From contig CATLBX010000001.1 of NCBI GenBank assembly GCA_949879855.1, positions 82-64,081 of the forward strand: 64,000 nt of DNA, read 5' to 3'. This stretch comes from an uncultured Coriobacteriia bacterium. GTDB lineage: Bacteria > Actinomycetota > Coriobacteriia > Coriobacteriales > QAMH01. A program made the translations under genes and the position numbers. The notes below the pieces were generated by a model. The model was not told where the DNA came from. It worked only from the letters and a program-made list of their open reading frames with translations, and did not search any database. Below are positions 25,508 through 35,131 of this stretch, in pieces; the first letter of the stretch is position 1, and every line of letters starts with the position of its first letter.

Positions 25508-26958
25508 GATTCCACCTCGCCCGTCTTCTCGCCTTCCTTCATAGCGTTCGCTATCTGGTTGAGCGATGCGATGGCGCCCTGCTGGCGTCGCTCGGCAAAG
25601 AAGCGGTCGATTTCCGCCTCCGACCAACCGCAGTGCCTGTAGAACGCGCGGGTGCCCTTGTACGTCTCGTCCATCGAGGCGATCTTCATGTTCGCGTCCG
25701 CCATCGCCGCCGCCGTGGGCATAGACGGGTCTCTAAAGTTCGCCATGACGGATCTCTGCGCGTCCGTGAGCTCGTCTATGCGCTTGTTCTCGGCGATGGC
25801 CATCATCATGAGGGCAACCTGCTCGAGCGTGCGCGCGTTTCGCCTGTTCATGCGCTCGACGTCCATGCACAGCGCCTTGGTCGAAGCCTGGAGCGCCTCC
25901 GATGACGTGTAGTTGCTCGAGAGCACCCCGAGCTCGTTTACCGGCACGTGCGTGGCTCCGCTTATCTGCTGGGCCGCCTGCTCGTAGGCGCTTATGATGG
26001 GCGAGACGTCAGCCTGCGAAAACTCGCCGACTTGCGGAACGTTTCCGTCGACGTCCCTCGTCATTGCGAGGATCTTTCCGCTGTAGACCTCGCGGCGGGT
26101 CTTGTTCACCTTGATGACGTTTCCGTCATCGTCCTTCTCCTCGAACAGGTTGCGCTCCACGCCCATCATCCAGCGCTGCGGCCACACGTAGGAGTCGCAG
26201 CCGACGTCCAGGTTCTTGAGCTGGCGCATCGCCCGGTCGATCGTCCGCATGATCTCGGGCGTGATGCGCGAGTGGCCGAGCGGCCTGTCGGCATCGGGCT
26301 CGAACACCATCGGGACCATCAGCGGGATGCCCATGTCGCTCGGCATCGACTCGTGCGTCCAGACCTCGCCGTGACGCTCGAAGACGATCACCTCGTCTGG
26401 CCAGAAAAACGTGTACTTCCTCGCCCGGCCATCGCGATCCACGTCGTTGAGCACCGCCCCGCACTTGAGCCGGCACTCGTCCTTGTCCCAGATGCCGCTT
26501 GCCTGCTCGCCGGAAAAGCACCTGACGAACGCCGCCGGCTGCCAGGGCCTTCCGCGCATCACCGTGAACCAGCCCCCTCCGTACGGGAGCGCGCTCCCGC
26601 ACGACTGCGGGTAGAGGACGGAATCGAGCGCGTTTGCGCGGACGAGCTTGTTGAACTCCTTGTCCTCTTCGCCCTCGAAGACGAAGCCGTCCAGTATCGA
26701 GCGCATGGCAAGCGAGTCGACCGCGTCTTTTGCCCAGCCGACGACCTCCTCGACGGTGACGTCGTCGACCTCGTTTTCGCTCGTTATCCTCACGAGTTCG
26801 TTGTGCTGGGTGTAGTACTTCCTGAGCTCGGCGTTCCTGGGGCGCACCGCATCCCAGGTCTCGAAGACGTCGAAGACGTCGTCTCGCCTCTTCTTGGGCA
26901 CGCATTGCGCGTCGGGACGGGAATCGCCCGCCTGCTTGGAATAGTATGGCATGGCCAT
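25504..26958 (-). CDS. Portal protein (484 aa)
   Basis: Start MAMPYYSKQ is ATGA-coupled to the terminase stop. The size and position fit. The upstream part of the 723-aa track ORF overlaps terL in another frame. Confidence 0.75.
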   Translation of the reverse strand: MAMPYYSKQAGDSRPDAQCVPKKRRDDVFDVFETWDAVRPRNAELRKYYTQHNELVRITSENEVDDVTVEEVVGWAKDAVDSLAMRSILDGFVFEGEEDKEFNKLVRANALDSVLYPQSCGSALPYGGGWFTVMRGRPWQPAAFVRCFSGEQASGIWDKDECRLKCGAVLNDVDRDGRARKYTFFWPDEVIVFERHGEVWTHESMPSDMGIPLMVPMVFEPDADRPLGHSRITPEIMRTIDRAMRQLKNLDVGCDSYVWPQRWMMGVERNLFEEKDDDGNVIKVNKTRREVYSGKILAMTRDVDGNVPQVGEFSQADVSPIISAYEQAAQQISGATHVPVNELGVLSSNYTSSEALQASTKALCMDVERMNRRNARTLEQVALMMMAIAENKRIDELTDAQRSVMANFRDPSMPTAAAMADANMKIASMDETYKGTRAFYRHCGWSEAEIDRFFAERRQQGAIASLNQIANAMKEGEKTGEVES

Positions 26959-28403
26959 CAGAGGATCTCCTGCCTTCTGTTGGGGTTGCGCCTGCACGTC
27001 TTGACTCCGAACGCCGCCATGGCGAGCGCCTCTATGGCCGTCGAGCTTCCACCGAAGCCCCAGCCGCTTCGCCCGATCTGGCGTTTGGTCGCGACCCTCG
27101 CCGACTCGTCGAGCTCGGCTTGGTTGGCGTTGCTTGCGTGGAATATCCGCTTGCCCTCGAGCGCGTCGACGAGCATGCCGGCCGCGGCAATCACGTGCGA
27201 CGTCTTCGCGCGGATGACGTAGTTTCTCGGCGCCTTGGCGTCCTCGGCGTTGCCGCAAAACGAGTCGGCGGCGTTTTGCCCGTCGACGTAGCAGCACGCG
27301 CAGCTGGTGGCCATCTTCGCCACCGTCGCGGCAAGCGTCTTCGTGCCGCCGCCGGTGTTCCCGCTTTCCACGAGCTCGGCGTAGATGCAGCCCGTCTTGT
27401 CCATGACGGCACCGGCAAGCGCGTAGCGCGAGCCGTCGGGCGAGAACTTGAGGCCGAGGGCCTGCTTCACGCCCTTGACGTCTCCGATGGACTTCACGCC
27501 GGTTTCCTCCCATGCGCCCGCGTCGATCGCGATCTCGCACGAGACCGGTCTTGGCGCCCACCATCCGAGGTACTCCCTCGCGAAGTCCTCGTCTGATATG
27601 CCGTTGTTCTCCGCGGCGGTCTCGATCGTCGACTCGTGGATGAGATATCCCATGGACGGGTTCGACGCCCACCATCTCGACCTGTCATGCCTATCGCCGA
27701 TTTCCGGGACCGACCACTCGAGGAGCGCCGTCTTTGACGTGCCTGACATGGCGCCGTCGCGGATTCCGTAGGCGACGCTTCCGTCATCTTCCGGCCCCGG
27801 CGGTGTCCCCGCATAGATGACCTGCGGGTTTTCGCTCGTGTTGATGGTCGGCAGCGAAGCTGACTGCTGCGTGCCGTCCATGCACTGGCATTCGTCGTAG
27901 ATGATGACGTCGAACGTCTGGCCACGCGACAGCTTGGCGTTCCTCGTCCTCACGAGCAGCTTGCCGCCGTTCTTGAGGTATATGGCCTCCTTGCCGTTGG
28001 CGTGGTAGATGTGGTCGACGAGATCCTTGAGCTCGGGATTGTCGTCGTCCTCGAAGATCGAGCATATCTCCTCGAACATCGTGTTCGCCGTGTCGCCGTT
28101 ATGGCACGTGTAAAGGATGCGCTCGCCGTAGACGATCAGTCCGTAGACCACGCGTGCGCGTATCGACCACGACTTTCCGTTCTGGCGCGATACGAAGTTC
28201 GCGATCGTGCGGCTGATGTAGTTTCCGTCATCGTAGCGGTCGCACATGACGTCGAGGACGAGCTGCTGCCATGGAATCGGCTCGCCGAAGAACGCAGAGG
28301 CGAGCATCGACGCCTTTTGCCCCTCGTCGGATACGACGTCTGGATAGCTCCCGAAGGTCGGCTCCTGGTTATCTCGCCCTCCTCGCGACTTCTCGTTTTC
28401 CAT
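26958..28403 (-). CDS. Terminase large subunit (481 aa)
   Basis: Walker A-like VSRQNGKS and Walker B-like FDVIIYDECQ, with a C-terminal nuclease-type region. Position matches. Confidence 0.8.
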   Translation of the reverse strand: MENEKSRGGRDNQEPTFGSYPDVVSDEGQKASMLASAFFGEPIPWQQLVLDVMCDRYDDGNYISRTIANFVSRQNGKSWSIRARVVYGLIVYGERILYTCHNGDTANTMFEEICSIFEDDDNPELKDLVDHIYHANGKEAIYLKNGGKLLVRTRNAKLSRGQTFDVIIYDECQCMDGTQQSASLPTINTSENPQVIYAGTPPGPEDDGSVAYGIRDGAMSGTSKTALLEWSVPEIGDRHDRSRWWASNPSMGYLIHESTIETAAENNGISDEDFAREYLGWWAPRPVSCEIAIDAGAWEETGVKSIGDVKGVKQALGLKFSPDGSRYALAGAVMDKTGCIYAELVESGNTGGGTKTLAATVAKMATSCACCYVDGQNAADSFCGNAEDAKAPRNYVIRAKTSHVIAAAGMLVDALEGKRIFHASNANQAELDESARVATKRQIGRSGWGFGGSSTAIEALAMAAFGVKTCRRNPNRRQEIL

Positions 28404-28764
28404 CGTTCACGAGCTCCAATACCTTCGCCTTCTGGGTCTTCGCCTTCTTCTTCTCGTGATTCGGCTTCTCGTTGATGCCGAGGTCCTTGTTGAGGGCGCG
28501 TATCGCGTCGGTTGCCTTCTTGAAATCCGCGACCTGGGGCAATGACCTTATGTCGGCATCGTCGGTCGTATAGGCGACGATCGTCTCGCCACCTTCGTCA
28601 GTCATGTCCTCGATGCACTGCTCGGCGATCAGATGCCAATGGCACAGGATGCAAAGCGTGGGGATGTCCGATTTGGCGAAGTCGTGTTCGGCGGTTATCT
28701 CGTCCCACTTCCGCGACTTGAAGTCGTTTGCGGCAATCGATGCAGGCTTTTTCAGCTTCGCCAT
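28369..28764 (-). CDS. Terminase small subunit (P27-like, 131 aa)
   Basis: Lies directly upstream of and overlapping terL. Basic C-terminus. Confidence 0.6.
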   Translation of the reverse strand: MAKLKKPASIAANDFKSRKWDEITAEHDFAKSDIPTLCILCHWHLIAEQCIEDMTDEGGETIVAYTTDDADIRSLPQVADFKKATDAIRALNKDLGINEKPNHEKKKAKTQKAKVLELVNDGKREVARRAR

Positions 28765-28831
28765 GGCGCCTCCGCTTCAGGGCATGAAAAAGGCCACGCT
28801 AGGTGGCCGATGAAGTGCTCTATCTGTTCAA

Positions 28832-28860
28832 AGTAAAAGCCGCCTCCGAGGAGGCGGCTT
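28832..28860 (-). terminator. Intrinsic terminator (minus strand AAGCCGCCTCC-TCGG-AGGCGGCTT-TTAC TTT)
   Basis: GC hairpin plus T-rich tail downstream of the 28923 gene. It separates the middle genes from the packaging operon. Confidence 0.65.
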
Positions 28861-28922
28861 GGTCGGCAGTCCGGAGTTGAACCGGAACCTCTCTTTCGAG
28901 CGTACTCCCCGGCTTATACGAC

Positions 28923-29315
28923 TTACCGATCGTTGCGATTATCCCATGTTCTCAACACGCGCTCAACCATCTTCGCCTCTTTCGGCGTCAGGTTCAGCCG
29001 TATCTCGCCCTTGTCGTACTCCTGGTGATAGTAGCCCCTGTGCGTATGCGGCAACAGGCCGTTGTGCTCGGGAGGGGTCAGGTCTATCTCCTTTGCCCTC
29101 TTGTTGTTCTTGTCGAAGTAGATTATCGAGGTGACCTCGTCGCCACCGATGACCGCATAGACGCGTCCGGCGGTCATCGTCTCCATGAGGGTCTCCGACT
29201 CCCTTTCGTTCTTCGAGACGAACTTGATGTTTCCGGACTGGTACAGCGCATGGTACTGGCTTCCGTACGGGTTGCCCTTCTCGCTCGTTCCGCTTGAAGC
29301 ACCTCTGCCACCCAT
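28923..29315 (-). CDS. Hypothetical phage protein (130 aa), N-terminus MGGRGASSG
   Basis: ORF. Shares the MGGRGA(S/T)S N-terminus with the upstream gene. Confidence 0.55.
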   Translation of the reverse strand: MGGRGASSGTSEKGNPYGSQYHALYQSGNIKFVSKNERESETLMETMTAGRVYAVIGGDEVTSIIYFDKNNKRAKEIDLTPPEHNGLLPHTHRGYYHQEYDKGEIRLNLTPKEAKMVERVLRTWDNRNDR

Positions 29316-29695
29316 TACAACCTTCTCCCCGTTTTCCAGTCATAGCCGCGTTTCCTTAGCGCTCGCCTGGCCGCTTTGACAGAATCGTTGTCCTGATGCC
29401 CGCGGGCCACCTTCATCATCGACTCGATGCTCGTCGGTGGCCTCAACTCGCCGGATTTCACCTTCGAGGCATATTCGGCCTTGGCGGCGGCTCTCCGTGT
29501 CGCGTAATCATCGCGCGCCCGGGTTGCCTCCTTCTCCAGTGCCGCGCGTTGGTTTTGCGTGGTCCCGTTTCTGAGCTTGACCTTGTCTGTCATGTAATCG
29601 CTCATCACGGAGCCGACGCCTGCCATATCGAGGAATTCCTGCTCAGACATCACGGTGGCAGAGCCAGTTCGGCTTGTCGCTCCACGCCCACCCAT
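29315..29695 (-). CDS. Hypothetical phage protein (126 aa), N-terminus MGGRGATSR
   Basis: ATGA-coupled to the ParB-like gene stop. Only the last 126 aa of the 466-aa track ORF are credible. Confidence 0.5.
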   Translation of the reverse strand: MGGRGATSRTGSATVMSEQEFLDMAGVGSVMSDYMTDKVKLRNGTTQNQRAALEKEATRARDDYATRRAAAKAEYASKVKSGELRPPTSIESMMKVARGHQDNDSVKAARRALRKRGYDWKTGRRL

Positions 29696-30705
29696 CACTT
29701 GCCCCCAAACGCGGCGTTCGCCGCATACTCGATTACCTCGATGCCGCCGAAGTCGAAGTCGACGGCACCGCCGTACAGGAGGATCCTTCGCGGCTCCAGC
29801 GAGCCGATCGCAGCAGACATGCCGGCCCTCCACGTCTCCATGGCCATGGCGTCGCGCTTGACCCCGACCGTGGACGTGGCGTAGGTCGCGTGCATCGGAA
29901 GCCCGCCGACGCAGAAGCCGTAGCTTCGCTCGTCGCTCCACGAGAGCGTCGGTATGACCGTGACGCCGTTTCTCTGCCAGTAGTTTCCGAGCGCCCTGCG
30001 CCGGTACTCGTTGTATCGCTGCAGGGGCAGCGGCATGTCCATGTACAGCGAGAAGTCCGGCGTGAGCGCGGCCTCGAACTGCGAGACGAGGCCGAGGTAC
30101 TCGGCCGGTTTGTTCCAGATCCTCTCGAACTGGTAGTCGTCGATGAAGAAGTGCAGCGTCTGGTCCGTGTCGGTCGCGGTCTTGGCGTAGTTGAACGCCA
30201 GCAGGGCGCTCGGCACGAAGTCGCAGCCCTCGATCGTCGGCATGTCGAGCTCGCCGGCCGTGTGCGACCTGTTCACCATGGCGAGGTTGTACTTGTCGTC
30301 GGTCCTTCTCCTCTCGGCCCCGTAGCGTCTGACCTTGGACTTGAAGTCGAACGAGAAGCGAGACATGTCGATGCCGGCACGGGCGAGCTCGCGCACCTCG
30401 CGCTTCAGCATCGCGCGGTTCCAGCGCCCCTCGCCGAGCCGGTTGTCGGCGAGCCTGAGCGCCTTCACCTGGTCGGAGTTCAGGTGGTCGCACCAGGCGA
30501 TGTTCTCGTCGGGTATCTCTGACCAACCCAACAGCTTGCATGCCTCCACGCGATGGTGCCCGGCGACGATCACCGGGTTCTCGCGTGACTCGAGCACGAT
30601 CTGGCCCATGAATCCGAACTCGCGTATCGAGTCCGCGATCTTGGGAACGTTGTCCTTGTTGACGTGCGCGTTTCGCTCGTAGGGGACTATGTCTTCGATG
30701 AGCAC
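29695..30705 (-). CDS. ParB-like nuclease N-terminal domain + DUF4417-type C-terminal domain protein (336 aa)
   Basis: IVPYERNAHVN...VIVAGHHRVEA (ParB/Srx fold). The C-terminal LHFFIDDYQFERIWN region is typical of DUF4417. Confidence 0.7.
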   Translation of the reverse strand: MLIEDIVPYERNAHVNKDNVPKIADSIREFGFMGQIVLESRENPVIVAGHHRVEACKLLGWSEIPDENIAWCDHLNSDQVKALRLADNRLGEGRWNRAMLKREVRELARAGIDMSRFSFDFKSKVRRYGAERRRTDDKYNLAMVNRSHTAGELDMPTIEGCDFVPSALLAFNYAKTATDTDQTLHFFIDDYQFERIWNKPAEYLGLVSQFEAALTPDFSLYMDMPLPLQRYNEYRRRALGNYWQRNGVTVIPTLSWSDERSYGFCVGGLPMHATYATSTVGVKRDAMAMETWRAGMSAAIGSLEPRRILLYGGAVDFDFGGIEVIEYAANAAFGGK

Positions 30706-30939
30706 GGCGAGGCACCTCCGTAACGGAAAGACAATCGGGGAGAGAAAGGCCCTGGCCGTCGGGGCGGGCCTGGTACCTGCAAGAAATAGACCCCCCTTAC
30801 CCCATCTGCTGACCTGCGGTTTTGTTCGAATGGCACCCGTTCGTATCAGCGGCCTTTCCTGCGGGTTCCAATCACATCACATGGCCTCGTGGTTTTCGCG
30901 GGGTCTGCATGGTCACGCGTCATCGAATGGTCGACGCGG

Positions 30940-31290
30940 TTACGCCCACTTCCTCGTGGGAATCGTCTTGCTCGGCGGTGGTTGGGTCGTCAGGATCGCG
31001 CGAACTTCGTCGACCGTCTTGTTTCCGCGCCAGCAATTGCAGACTCTGTGCGTGCTGAGTCGTGCGTTGCCGGGGTCCAGGGCGCATGCTCTCGCGCTTT
31101 GGTATCCGAACTCGCGCCATCGGCTCACGGGATGGAACTCGTCGAGCTCGAAGCTCATCGGGTGTCCGGGCGGCAATGACAGGTCGATCGGCTTGCCGCA
31201 GATCCAGCACGGCTCGCCTCTCGATTTGGCAATCGCGATGAGTTTGCTTCGCTTAGAGCCATTCGACCTGCGGGGATTGCTCGTACCCAT
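30940..31290 (-). CDS. HNH endonuclease (116 aa)
   Basis: CWICGKPI...ELDEFHPVS...HRVCN HNH/zinc motif. Confidence 0.7.
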   Translation of the reverse strand: MGTSNPRRSNGSKRSKLIAIAKSRGEPCWICGKPIDLSLPPGHPMSFELDEFHPVSRWREFGYQSARACALDPGNARLSTHRVCNCWRGNKTVDEVRAILTTQPPPSKTIPTRKWA

Positions 31291-31476
31291 CGGCTAAGCG
31301 CCCCATCCCCTGTTATCGATTCCCGCTACTCTCCGCAGCGCCCCCGCAGGGGGCACTCCCCTTCGTTGACACCGCGGGCGCGGTAGAGGAGTTGGGAGAC
31401 CCGCGCCCGCGCCAATGAGAAAAGCCGGCTGGTTTCCCACCCGGCTTTCGACGCATTACAACATACCAGACACGCA

Positions 31477-31504
31477 TGGTGCACGATGGTGCACTTTGGT
31501 GCAC
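31477..31504. promoter_or_regulatory. Three TGGTGCAC boxes with exact 10-bp periodicity
   Basis: aTGGTGCACg aTGGTGCACt tTGGTGCACa at 31477, 31487 and 31497. Lies 7 nt from the stop of the regulator-like gene. Confidence 0.5.
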
Positions 31505-31510
31505 AATTTC

Positions 31511-31984
31511 TCAGATGACGCTCGGGATTTCGAATCTCCGCGTCTCGGGCATGACGCCATAGAACTCGGAGAGCGCCTTTGGGCGAAGGTTCATCATCCC
31601 CCGCTTCGAGTATCCGAACGCCTCTGCGCAGGCATGCCACGGCTCGCCGCACAGGTAGTGCATCTCCAGGATCGCCGCGTACATGGAGTTTCCCATGGAA
31701 TCGAGCGCCCTGTGCGCCGCGTCGATGTCGGCGCGGCACTCGTCGCGCATCTCCTCGAGCCTCGCGGTCAGGCGGTCGATGGAGTCCACGGCATCTGGTA
31801 TCGCGTCATCGCTTGCCGTGACGCTTACGGGACCCCTACTGTAGTCCATCGACTTGAGGCCATCGGCCGTCTCGCGGTTGCTCTCTATGGCCATCGCGAG
31901 GCTCTTCAGTCGCATGGTCTTGCCCCTGATGTCGTCGAGGTATGCCGCCGCCTGATCGGCGTGCCACGTCTCGATGTCTCCCAT
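31511..31984 (-). CDS. Putative late-gene transcriptional activator (sigma-70 region-4-like HTH; ArpU/DUF1492-like, 157 aa)
   Basis: C-terminus EMHYLCGEPWHACAEAFGYSKRGMMNLRPKAL resembles a region-4 HTH. Lies upstream of the HNH/packaging genes. Confidence 0.45.
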   Translation of the reverse strand: MGDIETWHADQAAAYLDDIRGKTMRLKSLAMAIESNRETADGLKSMDYSRGPVSVTASDDAIPDAVDSIDRLTARLEEMRDECRADIDAAHRALDSMGNSMYAAILEMHYLCGEPWHACAEAFGYSKRGMMNLRPKALSEFYGVMPETRRFEIPSVI

Positions 31985-32289
31985 GTCATCACCTTCCCCC
32001 GTACATGGAACGATGATAGGCAACACCCGCCTTGACGAATCGCTCAACGGCGCGGACGGCGGCAGCCCCGCTTCACTTTCCCCCCTCTCGTCTTGCACTA
32101 CCTTTCCAAGGCGGGGGTCACATGCATGGCGCGACATATCGGCACGCCAGGATGCGAATCGGCGATTTGTTGCCGGTGCCGTTCGTTACATCGCCGCTTC
32201 ATTATCCTCTTCGGCATATGTTCTGGATTTAGGCACAAAGAAAGGCACCGAGACGCAACGTCTCGGTGCCCCGGATGCCTGCCGGTTCG

Positions 32290-33570
32290 CTACGGTCGCG
32301 TCGGCAGTCCCATGTTCGCCTCGACTATCGCCCTCGCCATGACGGGAACGACGGAGTTGCCGATCATCTTGACCTGCTGGCCCTTCGGCACCGGTCGGCC
32401 GTCGTCGTAGCGGTCGATGATGTAGTCTCGCGGGAAACCCTGGGCGCGCTTGAGCTCCTCGGGCTTGAGCATCCTCAGGAATATGTCGGCGATGGCATAT
32501 TCCTCGCCGTCGATGACGACGCTCGCGAGCCCGAAGCGGTCCTTGGCCGTTATCGTGTCCAGGGGCCTGCCGAGGCTCTGCCCCGTGCCGCAACCGTAGT
32601 ACTTGACGAGAAACGACGACACGAGCGCGAAGTGACCTCCGAATCCCGCCGTGATGGTTCCGAGGGGAACGTCGATGCGCTGGCCCGTGACCCCTCCGTA
32701 GTACTTCATCAGCCACGGCGTGCAGAGGTATCTCTTGGTGCCGCCCGCGACAATGGTGCCGAGCGGCCTGTGCACGGACTCGACGCGGGGTTTCTGCCCC
32801 ATTCGCTCGCCGTAGCCTATGGGGACTATGAACGGCGAGGGGTCATCGACAACGAACTTGCGGATGCCCCGCGCGATTCTCCTGCACGTTGCATCGGCAA
32901 GCGGCCTTTTGCGCTCGAAGATCGATGAGCCGATGTCCGAGAAGTCGATGCAGCTCGACGCCGGAACCGGTGGAGCGCCGAAGAGCCCGTCACCATGGGT
33001 CGGCTCGGGCCAGCGAATCGGCAATCCGTCACGCCTCAGCACGGCATACCAGCGCTTGCGCGATGTAGGTGCCCCGAAGTCGCTCGCCACCAGCTCGCGG
33101 CAGTCGAACTCGTAGCCGAGCTCGCCCATCGCGTCCACGAAGCGGCGGTACTCCTCGCCCTCGCGCGACTTGATCGGTCGGCCATCCGAGCCGAGCGGCC
33201 CCCACTTCCTGATCTCGGCAACGTTTTCCATGAAGATGACGTCCGGGCGAATCTCGGCTGCATGCCTGTGCACCGCCCACGGAAGCATGCGCAGCCCGGA
33301 CAGCCTCGGCTTGGATCCCTTCGCCCTCGAATGGCTGGTGCAGTCAGGCGAGGCCCACATCACGCCGACCGGCTCGTCGCCTATCACCGCACGGAGGTCT
33401 GCCTCGAAGATATCCTCGGTCATGTGATACGTGCGCGGGTGGTTCGCCCTATGCATGGCTATGGCCTTGGGATCATGATTCACCGCGACGTCACAGGGAC
33501 GTCCCAATGCCTGCTCTATTCCGGTCGAGGCGCCGCCCCCGCCCGCAAAGCAGTCAATCACCTTTCCCAC
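32290..33570 (-). CDS. DNA (cytosine-5)-methyltransferase (426 aa)
   Basis: Motif I DCFAGGGG, motif IV ASPDCTSHS (PC), motif VI FMENV, and QGFP near the C-terminus. Confidence 0.85.
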   Translation of the reverse strand: MGKVIDCFAGGGGASTGIEQALGRPCDVAVNHDPKAIAMHRANHPRTYHMTEDIFEADLRAVIGDEPVGVMWASPDCTSHSRAKGSKPRLSGLRMLPWAVHRHAAEIRPDVIFMENVAEIRKWGPLGSDGRPIKSREGEEYRRFVDAMGELGYEFDCRELVASDFGAPTSRKRWYAVLRRDGLPIRWPEPTHGDGLFGAPPVPASSCIDFSDIGSSIFERKRPLADATCRRIARGIRKFVVDDPSPFIVPIGYGERMGQKPRVESVHRPLGTIVAGGTKRYLCTPWLMKYYGGVTGQRIDVPLGTITAGFGGHFALVSSFLVKYYGCGTGQSLGRPLDTITAKDRFGLASVVIDGEEYAIADIFLRMLKPEELKRAQGFPRDYIIDRYDDGRPVPKGQQVKMIGNSVVPVMARAIVEANMGLPTRP

Positions 33571-33953
33571 GGCGCATCATCCTCCTCCTCGCGCTCCACT
33601 CTCTTGATGAACGTCTCGTTGGGAAAGTTGTCCCCGGTATGGTTTCGTATGTGCCTTTCGACCCAATCGGGAAAGCTACCCGTGCATCCAGGGCATCCCC
33701 TGTTCCAGTCGGCATCGTCGACGGGATTCATGCGTATGTCCTGGAAGGAGTTTTCCCACTTGTCAGTGCGCTGCACGAGCCAGACCCTTATCGGCGGCGT
33801 GACGTCAAGCGAATAGGCGACATCATCGCGCTCGAGCTGGTCATCATTGCGCATCTCGAATGTCCCGAGACGTGAGAGCCAATCAAGCAGATCTGCGCCA
33901 TCCCACTCCCCGAGCGGCTTATCGATGTCGAGAGCCATCTGCCCATCCATCAT
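33558..33953 (-). CDS. Hypothetical phage protein (131 aa)
   Basis: ATGA-coupled ORF. Confidence 0.45.
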   Translation of the reverse strand: MMDGQMALDIDKPLGEWDGADLLDWLSRLGTFEMRNDDQLERDDVAYSLDVTPPIRVWLVQRTDKWENSFQDIRMNPVDDADWNRGCPGCTGSFPDWVERHIRNHTGDNFPNETFIKRVEREEEDDAPWER

Positions 33954-34120
33954 GGGATCACGCCCAGGTCTTTCAGATGGTCCATCGCCATGTAGACGTC
34001 CGATTCGCCCACGGGCTTGCCCTCGCCGTACGAGCGGCACATGATGCCGAACATGTCGCGCATGGTCTGCTCCATGTCCTCGACGCGCAGGCCCTCGCAC
34101 ATTGCGTACATGAATCTCAT
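33950..34120 (-). CDS. Hypothetical phage protein (56 aa)
   Basis: ATGA-coupled at both ends. Confidence 0.4.
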   Translation of the reverse strand: MRFMYAMCEGLRVEDMEQTMRDMFGIMCRSYGEGKPVGESDVYMAMDHLKDLGVIP

Positions 34121-34314
34121 TCGATCTCCTCCTTGAGCCAATCGATCCAACTCAACGCACGGTCAACGTCATCTTTCCAGATGCTCTCTCCGCTGAATCG
34201 ATCCTCCATCAATCTCTGTCCGGTTTCGAGCGTGCAGCGATACTTCGGATTGAGGGCGAACAGGGTAGACGCAGCTCGTTCTGGAGTCCCGAAGTACCTC
34301 TCGTAGTTATTCAT
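34117..34314 (-). CDS. Hypothetical phage protein (65 aa)
   Basis: ORF in the operon. Confidence 0.4.
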   Translation of the reverse strand: MNNYERYFGTPERAASTLFALNPKYRCTLETGQRLMEDRFSGESIWKDDVDRALSWIDWLKEEIE

Positions 34315-34486
34315 CCGACGATCACCGCCTTTATCATCGCGATTATCCCCAGCACGACGAGCATCTTGAGCAGCACGTCCTTTGCCCTGTCAATCATCCA
34401 CGCTCACCCCCAATGCTTCGAGCTCATCATGGAAAGAAATGTACCTTTCAACGCATTTGAGCGTACGTAGACTGAAAGACGTCTTG

Positions 34487-35131
34487 TTATTCTGCCGTGG
34501 CACCCTGACCAGCGAAAGCACTTTCAAGGCGTCGCCAAGGGTTGAGTGCATCTCCCGCGCCACCTGCGTTCGGCGTAGTCGTGTCACGCACCCAATCGAA
34601 GCAGTTGAAGACCATGTGCCGCTTTCCGTCCGCCCCCATGTTGCGGAACTTAGGCAACCTGTCTCGATAGAGAAGCAACCCGTACTCGACGTTGCCCACG
34701 ACCCTCATGTTCGCCTTGAGCACCTGCGCCGAGTAGTTCTTGCGGAACACGAGCGGGATGTAGTTGGGGAACCCGTACTGCGCTGCCTTCTCGATGAGGT
34801 AGTGCAGCTGCTCGAACGCGCAGAACACGATCATGCATCCCGGCTCGCGCCGCTGCTCCTTCAGCTGCTTCGCCGTACCCTTCGGCTCCTTCTTGATGAG
34901 ACGGTTGCAGAAGTGCATGAACTCCATCACGCGAAAGTCGCCGTCGGTGTCGAAGAATGAGCTGTGCGCCTTGTCGCTCTCGCCGTTCCTCCTGTCGCCG
35001 TCCTCGTACCATGCGGGATTGCTGCCGTACGCCTTAGTGCCAACATTGTATGGTATGTCGGCGATGACGAGCTGCGCCTTTGGTATCTGGTATCGCTTGT
35101 AGTTCTGGAAATGATCGTTTATCAGCTGCAT
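34487..35131 (-). CDS. Beta-class N6-adenine/N4-cytosine DNA methyltransferase (214 aa), possibly C-terminally truncated
   Basis: Motif IV ADIPYN near the N-terminus and motif I FAGQGAT only 5 codons before the stop. Confidence 0.6.
   Translation of the reverse strand: MQLINDHFQNYKRYQIPKAQLVIADIPYNVGTKAYGSNPAWYEDGDRRNGESDKAHSSFFDTDGDFRVMEFMHFCNRLIKKEPKGTAKQLKEQRREPGCMIVFCAFEQLHYLIEKAAQYGFPNYIPLVFRKNYSAQVLKANMRVVGNVEYGLLLYRDRLPKFRNMGADGKRHMVFNCFDWVRDTTTPNAGGAGDALNPWRRLESAFAGQGATAE

Noticed and set aside
25504-27675. 723-aa version of the portal ORF
   Set aside because: The N-terminal 238 aa overlap the terminase gene in another frame and are Arg-rich. A start at 26958 (MAMPYYSK) is ATGA-coupled to the terL stop.
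29315-30715. 466-aa ORF spanning the ParB-like gene region
   Set aside because: The first ~340 aa are an Arg/Pro-rich shadow frame of the ParB-DUF4417 gene. Only the last 126 aa (MGGRGATS..., ATGA-coupled) look like a real protein.
34311-34587. Small ORFs: a 28-aa TM peptide at 34311-34397 and a 65-aa ORF at 34390-34587
   Set aside because: They are ATGA-type coupled and could be real. However, they are too short and motif-less to call, and the 65-aa ORF overlaps the methyltransferase 3' end, so they are mentioned only under the truncation finding.
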